Source of the DNA: an uncultured delta proteobacterium
GTDB lineage: Bacteria; Myxococcota; Myxococcia; Myxococcales; Myxococcaceae
DNA length: 64,000 nt
Assembly (NCBI GenBank): GCA_963771175.1
Contig: CAVYSY010000039.1
Coordinates: forward strand, 352,001-416,000
Reading direction: 5' to 3'
Shown here: piece by piece, positions 9,367 to 21,310 of the stretch
How positions within the stretch are numbered: position 1 is the stretch's first letter
Layout of the letters: each line of letters opens with the position of its first letter
The notes under the pieces: generated by a model
Seen by the model: the letters and a program-made list of their open reading frames with translations, nothing else
Told to the model about the DNA's origin: nothing
Databases searched by the model: none
Translations under genes and position numbers: made by a program

Positions 9367-11142
9367 CTAGTTGATGATCACCCGGCAGGTGCAAGACGTG
9401 GTGCCATCGCAGGTCACACCCGCCGAGTTGCGGCAGGAGAGGCCCGAGCAGCAGCCCACCGTGGGCGAGCACGCCTGGCCGCTCGACGAGCAGGTGGACC
9501 CGGGCTGGCAGGAGCCCACGGTGCTACCCAGCGGCACGTCGCAGCGCAGGCCCGAGCAGCAATCCGCGTTGGTCACGCACAGACCGCTCTGCGACTGACA
9601 CACGGCGGGGGCGACGCACTTGTTGCCGGAGCAGATGCCCGAGCAGCACTGCGAGCCGGCCGTGCACGCCGAGTCGTTGGCCGAGCAGGTGCCGCCGCCC
9701 GAGCCGGCATCCGTCGTACCGCCCGTCCCTGCGTCCGCCGTGCCAGCGTCCGTGGCGGGCGGGGGCGGGGTGTAGATGGACTGGCAGGCCTTCGTCAGCT
9801 CGGAGCTGGCGCGGCACTCGGTGCCGGCGCAGCAGGCGACGCCCGCGTCCGTGTCACAGCGCGTCCCCACCGGCGAGCACGTCCCGCCCGTGCCACCGTC
9901 CGAGGTGCTCCCCCCACCGCCGGGGACCTGGCACTTCAGGGCGCCGGTCGAGTCCGGCAGACACAGGGAGCCGTTGCAGCACTGGTCGGAGAACTGGCAG
10001 GTGTTGTTCGCCTGGATGCAGCAGCTCGGGTTGTTGGCCTCGTAGCCGTTGGGGCAGCCCGCGATGCCACCACCGCCGAAGCAGCGCGGCACACCGGAGG
10101 TGTCCACCTTGCAGACGGCCTTCTGGCCGTCGCAGCAGTTCTGCGAGGCGTTGATGCTGAGGACGCCGCCGTCCGGCAGCTTGCCCGCGCCGCAGATGTT
10201 GCCCGTACCGTTGCAGCTGTTGCCGTTGTCGCAGCGGCCCCCGGCGCAGGTGACGTTGCTGGGGGCGATGGAGCCGCAGCAGGTGGCGTCGCTGGTGCAG
10301 TAGTTGCCCGTCAGCTTGCAGCCGCCCACCGGCTGGCAGATGGTCGTGCCGTAGCCGAGGTCCACGCAGGTGCGCGAGCAGCAGCCGGTGCCGCCGGAGC
10401 ACGGGTTGCCGTCCTGGGTGCAGCCACCACCGCCACCGCCGGTGATGGTCTGGCAGCGGCCGACGCCGCCGTTCGTCGCCGAGCAGGAGTTGCCGCAGCA
10501 CTCGGCGTCGCGGGTGCAGATGTCGCCGTTGGCGTTGCAGGTCCAGGCGCGAGCGCAGACGCCGTTCTGGCAGTTCTTCGAGCAGCATTCGGCACCGCTC
10601 GCGCAGGCCTGGCCGAGCACCTCGCACGTGGCCGAGGTGTCCGCGAGCTGGGCGCACGTGCCATTCGTGCACGTCTTCGTGCAGCACTGCTCGGGGGTGG
10701 AGCAGGAGCCGCCCACGTCGAGGCACTGGGTGGAGCTGCACTTGCCGCCGTTGCACACGTTGCTGCAGCAATCGGTGCCGACGCCGCAGGTCTCCCCGGC
10801 GCTGCGGCACAGGTTGTTGGGCTCGGGACACACGCCATCCAGGCCGCACACGCCCGTACAGCACGCGGCGCCCACCTGGCGATCACACAGCGCTCCCGCG
10901 GCCACGCAATAGGAGCCCGGCCCGCCATCCAGCCCGACGCCGCTGGTCCCGCCATCCGGCAGGTTCCCGGACACGCCGCCGTCCGGCTCGGGCGGCAACT
11001 GTCCCCCGGCATCCTGGCCGGCATCCTGACCGGTCTCGGTCCCGGCGTCGCCAGGGTCAACAGGGTCGGGATCACAGTTACATCCCACGATACTGATGGC
11101 GACCGCCAGGGCCCCCATCAGCAACCAACGATTTGTCCGCAT
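9367..11142 (-). CDS. Cysteine-rich repeat lipoprotein (591 aa)
   Basis: Lipobox IVGC; many C-x6-C-x5-CC-x3-C modules; DAG/DGG-rich linkers typical of myxobacteria. Confidence 0.8.
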   Translation of the reverse strand: MRTNRWLLMGALAVAISIVGCNCDPDPVDPGDAGTETGQDAGQDAGGQLPPEPDGGVSGNLPDGGTSGVGLDGGPGSYCVAAGALCDRQVGAACCTGVCGLDGVCPEPNNLCRSAGETCGVGTDCCSNVCNGGKCSSTQCLDVGGSCSTPEQCCTKTCTNGTCAQLADTSATCEVLGQACASGAECCSKNCQNGVCARAWTCNANGDICTRDAECCGNSCSATNGGVGRCQTITGGGGGGCTQDGNPCSGGTGCCSRTCVDLGYGTTICQPVGGCKLTGNYCTSDATCCGSIAPSNVTCAGGRCDNGNSCNGTGNICGAGKLPDGGVLSINASQNCCDGQKAVCKVDTSGVPRCFGGGGIAGCPNGYEANNPSCCIQANNTCQFSDQCCNGSLCLPDSTGALKCQVPGGGGSTSDGGTGGTCSPVGTRCDTDAGVACCAGTECRASSELTKACQSIYTPPPPATDAGTADAGTGGTTDAGSGGGTCSANDSACTAGSQCCSGICSGNKCVAPAVCQSQSGLCVTNADCCSGLRCDVPLGSTVGSCQPGSTCSSSGQACSPTVGCCSGLSCRNSAGVTCDGTTSCTCRVIIN

Positions 11143-11318
11143 ACGAGTGACTCCCTCTCAGGTGACGGGAAGACCCAGGCTCACTTTTTGAGCGAGGGCC
11201 CGGCCACGACGACACACATGGCGATTGTCCACGTGTCGAGGGGACCCGTCGAGAGGCCTGACGACCACTCTTTACAGGCCTTCTACAAAGGTACAGCCCC
11301 GAGGGAGGCGGCGGAGCG

Positions 11319-11915
11319 TCAGTCGTCGAGCAGCTCGACGTTCCAGTACGAGGCGTCGGCGAGGTTGAGGAACGGCAGCCACTCGCGGTAGGTGACGCGC
11401 CGGGAGGCGCCGCGGAACAGCGGGCGTCCAGCGGGGCGCACCGGCTTCTTGAGGAGCTTCATGCTCGGCCTGCTCCGGCGTGCGGCCGCCCTTGCGCAGG
11501 TTGCAGGGCACGCACGAGCAGACCACGTTCTCCCAGCTGGTCTTGCCGCCCTGCGAGCGCGGCAGCGACGTGGTCCAGGTTCAGCTCCGCGCGCGGCAGC
11601 TGCCGGCCGCAGTACTGGCAGGTGTCGTGGTCGCGCGCGTAGATGTTGAGGCGGGAGAAGCGCACCCGGCCCCGGGCAGGTACTCGTAGGCGGAGAGCAC
11701 CACCACCCGCGGCACGCGGATGGGCCGGTTGATGGTGGTGATGCAGTCGTGGCTGGCGGCGCTCAGCGCCGCCCAGTCGGCGAACTCGTAGAGCCGGTAC
11801 TGCTCGTCGATGGCCTTGGCCACGCCCAGGTAGAGCAGCGAGAAGGCGCGCTTCACCGAGGTGACGTGCACCGGCTGGTAGTTGCGGTTGAGGACCAGCA
11901 CGGCGCTGTTCAACA

Positions 11916-11919
<4 letters not shown>
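11319..11919 (-). CDS. HNH endonuclease (McrA-like, frameshifted)
   Basis: [10 protein letters not shown]...[25 protein letters not shown]...[16 protein letters not shown] pieced across frames. Confidence 0.85.
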
Positions 11920-13320
<1,401 letters not shown>

Positions 13321-13389
13321 GACCAGAAGTGTAAGGGAGCGGGGGCGCCCGCGCCAGCCAACTCCCCTGCCCTTCGGACGGATTCGGGA

Positions 13390-15810
13390 CTACCGCCTGG
13401 CCGCCTGCACGACGGGCGCCTTGGCGGGCCGGCCGTAGAGCAGCTGGTAGGTGTTGTAGGAGCGCAGCACCCGCTTCACGTAGCCGCGCGTCTCGGCGAT
13501 GGGGATCTCCTCCACCCACGCGTCCAGCGGCATCCCGCGGACGATCCGCGCGCCAGCGATTGACCGCACTGGGGCCGGCGTTGTAGCTGCCCACCGCGAA
13601 CGGGCGTGTGCCCGCCGAAGCTGCTTGACGAGCGAGCCCAGGTAGTGCGCGCCCAGCTGGATGTTCAGGTCCGGCTCCAGCAGGCGACTCGGGTCGTCAC
13701 GCTTCTTGAGCTTCAGCTGCGCGCGCCACCGCCTGCGCCGTGGAGGGCATGAGCTGGGTGAGCCCCAGCGCGCCCGCCCACGAGAGCGCCTTCGGATCCA
13801 GCGCGCTCTCCTCGCGCATCAGCGCCTGGAGCAGGTCCGGCTCCACGCCGGCCGCCGTGGTGTGCTTCTCGATGAGCTCGCGGAAGGCGTTGGGGTAGGC
13901 CACCTCCCAGACCGGGCGCGTCTCCGGGGTGATGCGGCCGCTCAGGTCCCGCCGCAGCGCCACGCGCGCCACCGCGTGCGCCGCGCGCTCGTCCCCGGCG
14001 AGCGACGAGCAGGTGCACCAGCAGCCGCATGGTCTCGGCGGGCAGGTTCGTGCGGTTCGACGGCGAGCAGCTCCGAGGAGACGGCCTCGGGGAAGCCCAG
14101 GCGCAGCAGCTCCACGCCGGCCAGGAAGTGCGGATCCTTCGCCCAGCGGCCCGGCGTGCAGGGGCCAGGGCTCGCGGCGCTCCTGCTGCGGTGAAGCCGA
14201 GCTGGGGCGCCACGCGCTCGCAGCCGCGCCGGCTCCAGCTCGCTCAGCTCGTGCGCGCCATCAGCCCGTAGTAGGTGGCCGGGTGCTCCACCGCGAGCTG
14301 CTCGAAGAGGTCCGCGGCGCTCCTGGGCGTCCCCGCTGTCCTGCAGCGTGCGCGCCCGCCAGTACCGCGCGCGCTCCACGTCGTAGGTCTCGTCCGCGTC
14401 GCGCGAAGCGCTGCTCGATCTCGCTCGAGCAGCGGCGAGCGCCGCCGTCCTCGACCTTCGGCGTGCGGCAGATCCAGAACGTCCTTGAAGAGCGCCTCGC
14501 CGAGGAAGTCGCCCTGGGGGTAGAGCTGCGCCAGCTCCTCGAGCCGCGCGAGCGCCTGCTCGGGCCGGCCCGTCTTCACGTACAGGTCCGCGGCGTAGAA
14601 GAGCGCGTCGTCCGCGAAGGAGTGGTCCGGGAACTCCCGCGCCAGCCGCTCGTACGTCTCGGGGCCCCGCGGCCTGGTCCACGATGGAGCGCGAGGAGCC
14701 GAGCACGTAGAGCGCGCGCGGCAGCAGGTCGCGGTCCTGGCACTTGTCCACCACCGGGGTCGAGCGCGGCGATGGCGCGCGTGTGCTGGCGCTCCTTGCG
14801 CAGCGCCCTTGCCGTAGGCGAAGTGGGCGCGGCAGGCGAGCGCGTCCGGCAGCTTGAGCGTGGGCAGCAGCGGCTCGAGCACCGCCGATGCCCTGGCTTG
14901 TTGCGGTGCGCCTCGATGAGCTGCTCGCCGCGCGCCACCTGCGTCGTCCAGAGGCGCCTGCTGGCCCTTGAGGCGCTTCTCGGCCTGCTTCGCCAGGGGC
15001 GACAGCGGGTGCGAGGCCCACAGCGTCCAGAGGAAGTCGCGCTCGCGCGGCCCTGTCCTTGCTTCTCGGCGGCGATGTCGGCGCTGGCCAGGAGCGCCTC
15101 GGCGCCCACGTTGCGGCCCCACGCGGGCGCGGTGCGGCTGGCGAGGGGCGCGAGCGCGGCCAGCGCGCGCCGTCCGGGTCCTTCGTCTTGCGCAGCACGC
15201 GCGCCAGCGCCAGGCGGGCGTCGGCGTACAGCCGGCGAGTCCTCGCGCACCTGGGCGAGCAGCGCGGCCGCCTCGTCGAAGCGGCCGAGCGACCTCGAGC
15301 GCGAGCGCCCGCGTGGGTGAGGCAGCGGTCGCGCAGCGGGGGGTAGTCCTCGGCGAGCGCCGTCATCTCCGCGGCGGCGCGGGCGTCATCCCCGGCGCGC
15401 ACGGCGGCGAGCGCGCGCAGGTAGCGCACGGGGAGCGAGTCCCCCTGCCTTCGCCAGCAGCGCGCGGGCGCGGGCGTAGAGGCCGCTGTCGAAGGCCTCC
15501 TTGGCCTCCTTGCAGCTTGCCCTCGGCGAAGTACGGCGCCAGGTCCTCCGGCGTGTAGCGGCGGCCGCGCTGCACCACGGGCGCCGGGCGGCGGCGGGGC
15601 CGTCGGGGAAGGCGGGGTTGAGCACCTCCACGAACCCGGGGGGCAGCAGCGACCTTCTCCGCGTCCGGCGGCGGGGAGAGCTGCGCCTCCGACGGAGCGT
15701 TGCCGGTCTGCGTCTGGGGGCGCGGAGGTTCCTCGGCCGGGCGGGTCCTGGGCGAAGGCCAGGGAAGCGCGAGCGGCGGCGGCGGCGAGCAGGGGGGCGA
15801 AGGCTTTCAT
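13390..15810 (-). CDS. Soluble lytic transglycosylase (Slt domain with TPR-like region; heavily frameshifted)
   Basis: ALMREESAL, GALGLTQLMP, SYNAGP, ETRGYVKRVL motifs; signal peptide MKAFAPLL. Confidence 0.8.
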
Positions 15811-15917
15811 AGGGGCGGGGCCCTCGGGCGCAGGTGCGCTCGGGCACGCCGCGAGGACAACTGGAAGCGGGGAAAAAATTTCCGCGAGGGTAACAGAGGT
15901 TAGACTGTCCGCCGCAC

Positions 15918-18188
15918 ATGGACATCCGCACCCAGAGCGCGCTGCTGGCATCCATCATCGGGCTGGCGCTCGGCCTGTCCATGCTCGCTGCGGGCGGGGC
16001 GTCCGCGGGTGCTCACGCTCTACTCCGTCTTCGCGCTGACGGTGGGCGGGTACTACCTGTCCAGCTTCTTCCACAGCGTCTTCCCGCGAGCGCGAGCTAC
16101 CCCTGGGTGTCGCCGCGTGGCGGTGGGGGCCACGCATGCTGCTGGGCTCGCTGGTCCCGGGCGCCGCGGTGGCCTTCTTCCTGGAGTTCCTGGGGGTGCG
16201 CAAGGGCACGCACCTGGCTCGGCCGGCGGCTCGCTGTCCTCTCGGCCGTGCTTCGGCCTCGCGGTGGCGGTGACGCCCCTCGCCGGACGGCGCTGGGCGC
16301 GGGTGGCCATGGGCGTCTGGGTGCTCGGCGCGCTGCTGGCCTCGGTGTCGCTGCTGGTCCGACCGGATGCGCACCACCGAGTCGCGCATCGAGCGGCTGC
16401 GGCTGCTCTACCTGGCCATCGGCGCCGCGGCGGCCATCCTCTTCGCGGCGCTCGACTTCCTCGGCCCGCTTCGGCATCCCCTTCCCCACCCTGGGGCCGG
16501 TCTTCTCCACGCTCTACCTCTTCTTCCTCGCCCAGACGCTGCTGCGCCTGCGGCTGATGGACCTGCACGAGCTGCTGGGGAAGATCGCCTCGCAGACGGT
16601 GCTGGCGGTCATCCTCGCGGCCGTCTTCGTCGTGCTCACCGCCTGGGTGGACGAGCAACACGCTCGCTGTTCCTCTTCAACACGGTGGTGGCCGCCTTCG
16701 TGATGCTCATCCTCCTCGAGCCGCTGCGCGCGAAGGTGGAGGAGCGGGTGGTGGCCATCTTCTTCCGCGAGCGCTTCGAGCTGCTGCGCGCGCTGGGCGC
16801 GCTGCGCGCGCGCATGGCCAACGTCATCGACGTCGCCGAGCTGGCGCGCGATGGTGCTCGACGCGCTTCCACGAGACGCGGCGGGTGACGCACGCCTCCA
16901 TCTACCTGCTCGCCGAGGACCGCCCGGGCTACCGGCTGCTGCGACTACCGCGGGCCCGCAGCCGGTGAGCTTCCTCGACACGGCGGCGGCGCGCGGCCTG
17001 CTCTTCGCGGCGGCCGCGCGGGCAGAAGGCGCGTGCTGCTGGAGAACGTGGAGCGGCGCATCGCCGAGCTGCGGCGCAGCGCGGCGGAGGGCAAGCGCGT
17101 CCGCGACGAGCTCAAGCGGCTCAACGACACGCGCGCGGCGCTGCTGCCAGATGAAGGCCGGCATCACCGTGCCGCTGGTGGGCAACGACCGGGTCATCGG
17201 CTTCCTGAACCTGTGGGACGAGCGCGTGCCGGAGGCCTACGCCTCGGACGAGATCGCCCTGATCCTGGAGATCGCCGAGCGGCTGTCGCACGGCGCTGGA
17301 GAACTCCAAGCTGTACGAGAAGATGCGCGAGCGCGACCGCCTGGCCGCGCTGGGCGAGATGGCCGCGGGCCTCGCGCACGAGATCCGCAACCCGCTGGGG
17401 GCGATCAAGGGCGCGGCGCAGTGCCTGGACCCGAAGCGGCTGCCCGGCGAGGACGGCGAGTTCCTGGAGGTCATCGTCGAGGAGGTGAACCGCCTCAACG
17501 GCGTGGTGACGGCGTTCCTCGACTACTCGCGCCCGCTCAAGCAGAGCTTCGGGCCCACCGACCTCAACGAGGTGGTGACGCGCACGGTGCGGCTCATCCA
17601 GAACGACATCCCCGGAGCATCGAGCTGAAGGTGGAGCTGGCCGAGCCGCTGCCCCGGGTGGACGGCGACGCCGAGCAGCTCAAGCAGGTGCTCATCAACC
17701 TGGTGCAGAACGCGGTGCAGGCGCATGGGCGGACACGCCGGGGCAGCATCACCGTGACGCACGGTGCGGCCGGAGCGCTTCTCCGACTTCCGCGGCAACG
17801 GGGAGCTTCGTGGAGGTGCACGTGACCGACACGGGCCCGGGCATCCCCGCGGATCAGCAGCAGCACATCTTCGTGCCCTTCTACACCACCAAGCAGAAGG
17901 GCACGGGGCTGGGGCTGGCCATCTGCCAGCGCATCGTGAAGAACCACGGCGGGACGCATCTCGGTGCAGAGCAAGGTGGGCGAGGGCACCACCTTCATCA
18001 TCCGCCTGCCGGTGCCCCCGTCGGAGCCGGCCCAGCTCCCGGAGCCGGTGCTCCTGGATGGCACGCCCTTCCCTTCCACGAAGTCCTCCGAGGCCCTGCC
18101 CTCGGAAGGCGCCAGTCCGGAAGGCGCGGCCCCTCCGCCGAAGCCAGCGGGCAAGCCGAAGCGCGAGAAGAAGCGCCGCGCGAGCTGA
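15918..18188 (+). CDS. Membrane sensor histidine kinase with multi-TM N-terminus and GAF-like domain (frameshifted)
   Basis: H-box AHEIRNPL, N-box NLVQNAVQA, G1 DTGPGI, F-box FVPFYTTK, G2 GTGLGL. Confidence 0.85.
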
Positions 18189-18392
18189 GGACTACCCGGC
18201 GGAGCGGCGGCCGCGCGAAGCAGTTGCATGCTGCTCCCCCGTCGTGAGCTCCGCCTCCTCCTGAGTCTTCTCGAAGCGGCTGCGCTGAGCTCCGCGCCCT
18301 CCCGCGCCGAAACCCCAACACCGTCACCCACCTGACCTTTCGCACCGCGTCACGATTGCGATCGGATTGCGCGCCGCATCACGGCCGCGCCT

Positions 18393-18407
18393 TGCCGCAT
18401 TGCGGCA
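18393..18407. promoter_or_regulatory. Perfect 7-1-7 palindrome TGCCGCA-T-TGCGGCA, candidate operator
   Basis: Intergenic, just before an AT-rich tract about 110 bp upstream of the SGNH gene. Confidence 0.35.
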
Positions 18408-18514
18408 TTTTACAGGTCTCGCAGTTATTTCTTTCATTCATGGTGTTTCTTATGCCTGCAAGTAAACTGAATATTCCTCCTCGTCACAGTGACGGGGAGC
18501 GACGAGGAATGTGC

Positions 18515-19609
18515 ATGTCCGTTCGTTCCAAGCTGTCCTGCGCCGCGGCCGTCGCGGCGGCCACCCTCGTGGGCGGAAGCGCCGCCGCCAGCACCATCAA
18601 CCAGAGCACCTCGTGGACCATCCAGCGCTCGGGTGCCACCGCCACCTATCGCGTCGTGGCCTACGGTGACTCCATCTACGCCGGCTACAACGGCGACCTG
18701 TTCAGCGTGGGCAAGCGCTCTGCCCCGTGGGCGGATGGCGAGTACCTGTCCACCAAGTGGAACGCCAACATGGAGGTCATCCGCCGCACCAAGTCCGGCG
18801 CGATCGCCAGCGACATCTACAACAACAAGATCGTCGGCGAGCGCTCGTACATGCAGGCGAGCAACACCCGCGTGGTGACGTTCGAGATGTGCGGCAACGA
18901 CTATCTGCAGGCGCGCTCTGCCTTCACGGACCAGACGGGCACCTGCAGCTATGCCGGCCTGGACGTGGCCCTGTCCAACTGCACCACGCACACCGAGCTA
19001 GCCATGCAGGCCATCAACACCTACGCCACCGCGGCCAAGGTGAAGGTCGTCTCCACCATCTACTATCCCGGCTTCGACTCGGACAACGTGCTCACCAGCT
19101 GCACGGACTCCGCCACTGGCACCCGCATCAACAAGCGCGCCAAGTTCCTGCCCTACCTGGCCAAGAGCAACTGGCGCACCTGCAACCTGGCGGCGAAGTA
19201 CGGCTTCCAGTGCGCTGACTCGTTCGCCGAGTTCATGGCGGCCGATTACGACTCCAACGGCGACGGCGTGAGCGAGCGCGACTCCATCCGCTACCGCGCG
19301 GGCGAGACCGAGGCCGACTACGTCAACCGCATCGTCACCGCGCTCAACTCGGGCACCCTGCGTGACGCCAACTCGCACTTCATCAGCTCGGCCGCCAGCT
19401 ACGACTACATCCAGTCCGACAACACCCACCCCACCTACTACACCTCGTCCACCATCGGCCTGAACTGGTTCACGGGCAATGGCTCGGGCTCGGGCGCGGC
19501 GAACTTCACCAACACCCAGATCGTCAACGGCCAGAACCCCGAGTCGAACAAGTGGGGCCACGAGAAGATGGGGTGGATCATCTCCACCTTCAATCCCGCC
19601 ACTCCGTGA
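18515..19609 (+). CDS. Secreted SGNH/GDSL hydrolase
   Basis: Signal peptide; VAYGDSI (block I), CGND (block III), DNTHP (DxxH); DYDSNGDG possible Ca-binding loop. Confidence 0.85.
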   Translation: MSVRSKLSCAAAVAAATLVGGSAAASTINQSTSWTIQRSGATATYRVVAYGDSIYAGYNGDLFSVGKRSAPWADGEYLSTKWNANMEVIRRTKSGAIASDIYNNKIVGERSYMQASNTRVVTFEMCGNDYLQARSAFTDQTGTCSYAGLDVALSNCTTHTELAMQAINTYATAAKVKVVSTIYYPGFDSDNVLTSCTDSATGTRINKRAKFLPYLAKSNWRTCNLAAKYGFQCADSFAEFMAADYDSNGDGVSERDSIRYRAGETEADYVNRIVTALNSGTLRDANSHFISSAASYDYIQSDNTHPTYYTSSTIGLNWFTGNGSGSGAANFTNTQIVNGQNPESNKWGHEKMGWIISTFNPATP

Positions 19610-19621
19610 TGAGCTGACGTC

Positions 19622-20533
19622 TCACAGGAGGAACCGCGCCGCCAACAGCGCGGGAAAGCCTACGTAGTAGAGCACCTCGCAGGCCACCTCCACGAACCGC
19701 CGCACGCCTCGCGCGTGCGGCGGGGAGAGCCACGTCGCCGCGTAGGCCAGCAGCTCGAACAGGGCTCGCACAACGCAGGCAAACCCCACGAGCACCGCGG
19801 TGAAGTAGATCCAATAGGTGGTGAAGGACTGCAGGTAGGGCCCGAGCCCGTACATGCGGTACTGCTCGAACGGCCCGCCGTAGGTGATGTACTGGTTGGC
19901 CCGGAACATGATGGCGGTGGGCAGGAGCGGGAACAGGACGAACTTGAGCACCCAGAGGTACCAGCGCCGCCGCGCCAGCTTCGCCCGGGCGTGCGCGAAG
20001 GCGGTGTGCGGGTGCCGCGCCGCCGCCGAGGCCCTCGGGCTGTCCGAGCCCATCGCCTCCAGCAGCGGCTGGGGATCCGCCACCCGCAGCGCGTACTGGA
20101 AGCCACGCCCCGACTTCATCCGCAGCGACAGGCCCGCCCCCGGCACGAGCAGCCGCCACACCCGCACTGCCTCCACCGAGGAGAGGGGAATCTCGAACCG
20201 ATCCCCCCGGCGCTCCAGCACGAGCCGCTCCGGCTCGACGGAGAGGCTGGCGGTGGTGAGCCAGCGGATGAGCCGCAAGAGGCCGAACAGGGCGAACGAC
20301 AGCAGGGCGAGCCAGAGCGCCCGTCCGGGCGGCTTGGGGTTGATCGCCCCGGTGAAGGTGAAGAAGAAGATGAGTACGAGGACGTAGAGGGTGTTGACGG
20401 CCAGCAGCACCTGGAGCCCGGCGCTGACAAGCCGCAGCACCAGCGGGTAGGCGTGGACCTGGAAGCGCGGGGCGGCGGACTGGCCGTCGGCGGAGGGCTC
20501 GGAGGAGGCGTCGGCAGCGGGCATGGCGGTCAT
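19622..20533 (-). CDS. Multi-pass membrane hypothetical protein (bPH-like segment); resembles the C-terminal extension of long-form Lnt proteins
   Basis: Several TM helices; FRANQYITYGGPFEQYRMYGLGPYL motif; good codon bias. Confidence 0.7.
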   Translation of the reverse strand: MTAMPAADASSEPSADGQSAAPRFQVHAYPLVLRLVSAGLQVLLAVNTLYVLVLIFFFTFTGAINPKPPGRALWLALLSFALFGLLRLIRWLTTASLSVEPERLVLERRGDRFEIPLSSVEAVRVWRLLVPGAGLSLRMKSGRGFQYALRVADPQPLLEAMGSDSPRASAAARHPHTAFAHARAKLARRRWYLWVLKFVLFPLLPTAIMFRANQYITYGGPFEQYRMYGLGPYLQSFTTYWIYFTAVLVGFACVVRALFELLAYAATWLSPPHARGVRRFVEVACEVLYYVGFPALLAARFLL

Positions 20534-20626
20534 GGGGCGGGAAGCGTGGGCCGCCCTGGCTCCTCGACGGATTGCCCGGGCGACAAGGGACCCGTAGCAT
20601 ACGAGGCTCGGAGAATAGGGACGAGA

Positions 20627-21310
20627 ATGGCTTCGCAGCCTCCCACTAATGATCGGCACGTCGACCGTGACGGCGTCATCCGCATCCAGAAGCAGCGCAC
20701 GAGCAGTGGCGCCTGGCTCGTCTGGCTGGCGCTGGGCGTCACCGTCCTGTGCCTCGCCTTGAGCTTCTGGCTCGTCTCCTCGCCGGGCCCCGTTCCGGAC
20801 ACCGCGGAGGCCGAGCCCATGACGGTCGCGGAGAACCAGCCGGTCCCCTCCCCCACTCCCTCCCGGTCCGCTCCGAAGGCGGCACCACCGGCCGCTCGGC
20901 CCGCGGCACAGCCCGAGCCCACGCCCACGCAAGGCACACCGGCCCGCTCGCCCCAGCCCCAGCCAGCGCAGGAGCCCACCATGGCACAGGACCCCACACC
21001 CCCCTCCGGAGGCGCGGAGGGAATCCAGCTGTACCGCCCGGGCACCAAGCCGATCAAACAGGGCATCGTCGTGCCCGAGGACTTCGAGCTGCCCCCCGGC
21101 TACGTGCGCCACTACCAGGCCACGGACAACGGCGAGCGCGTGAAGCCCATCCTCATGTTCCATCCGGACTACAAGCCGACGGACTCGAACGGGAAGCCCG
21201 TCGAGCTGCCCGAGAGCCGTGTCGTGCCGCCCGAGCTGGCGCCGCCGGGAATGCCCATCGACATCCTGGAGCTTCCGGCAGGGCCAGAAGGAGTGGAGCC
21301 CATTCCATGA
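20627..21310 (+). CDS. Single-TM, Pro-rich conserved hypothetical protein
   Basis: TM segment, Pro-rich linker, compact C-domain PGTKPIKQGIVVPEDFELPPGYVRHYQATD..PILMFHPDY; stop overlaps lnt start (ATGA). Confidence 0.75.
   Translation: MASQPPTNDRHVDRDGVIRIQKQRTSSGAWLVWLALGVTVLCLALSFWLVSSPGPVPDTAEAEPMTVAENQPVPSPTPSRSAPKAAPPAARPAAQPEPTPTQGTPARSPQPQPAQEPTMAQDPTPPSGGAEGIQLYRPGTKPIKQGIVVPEDFELPPGYVRHYQATDNGERVKPILMFHPDYKPTDSNGKPVELPESRVVPPELAPPGMPIDILELPAGPEGVEPIP

Noticed and set aside
20749..21306. N-terminal extension of lnt
   Set aside because: Out-of-frame overlap with the 20627-21310 gene; ATGA coupling marks the start at 21307.
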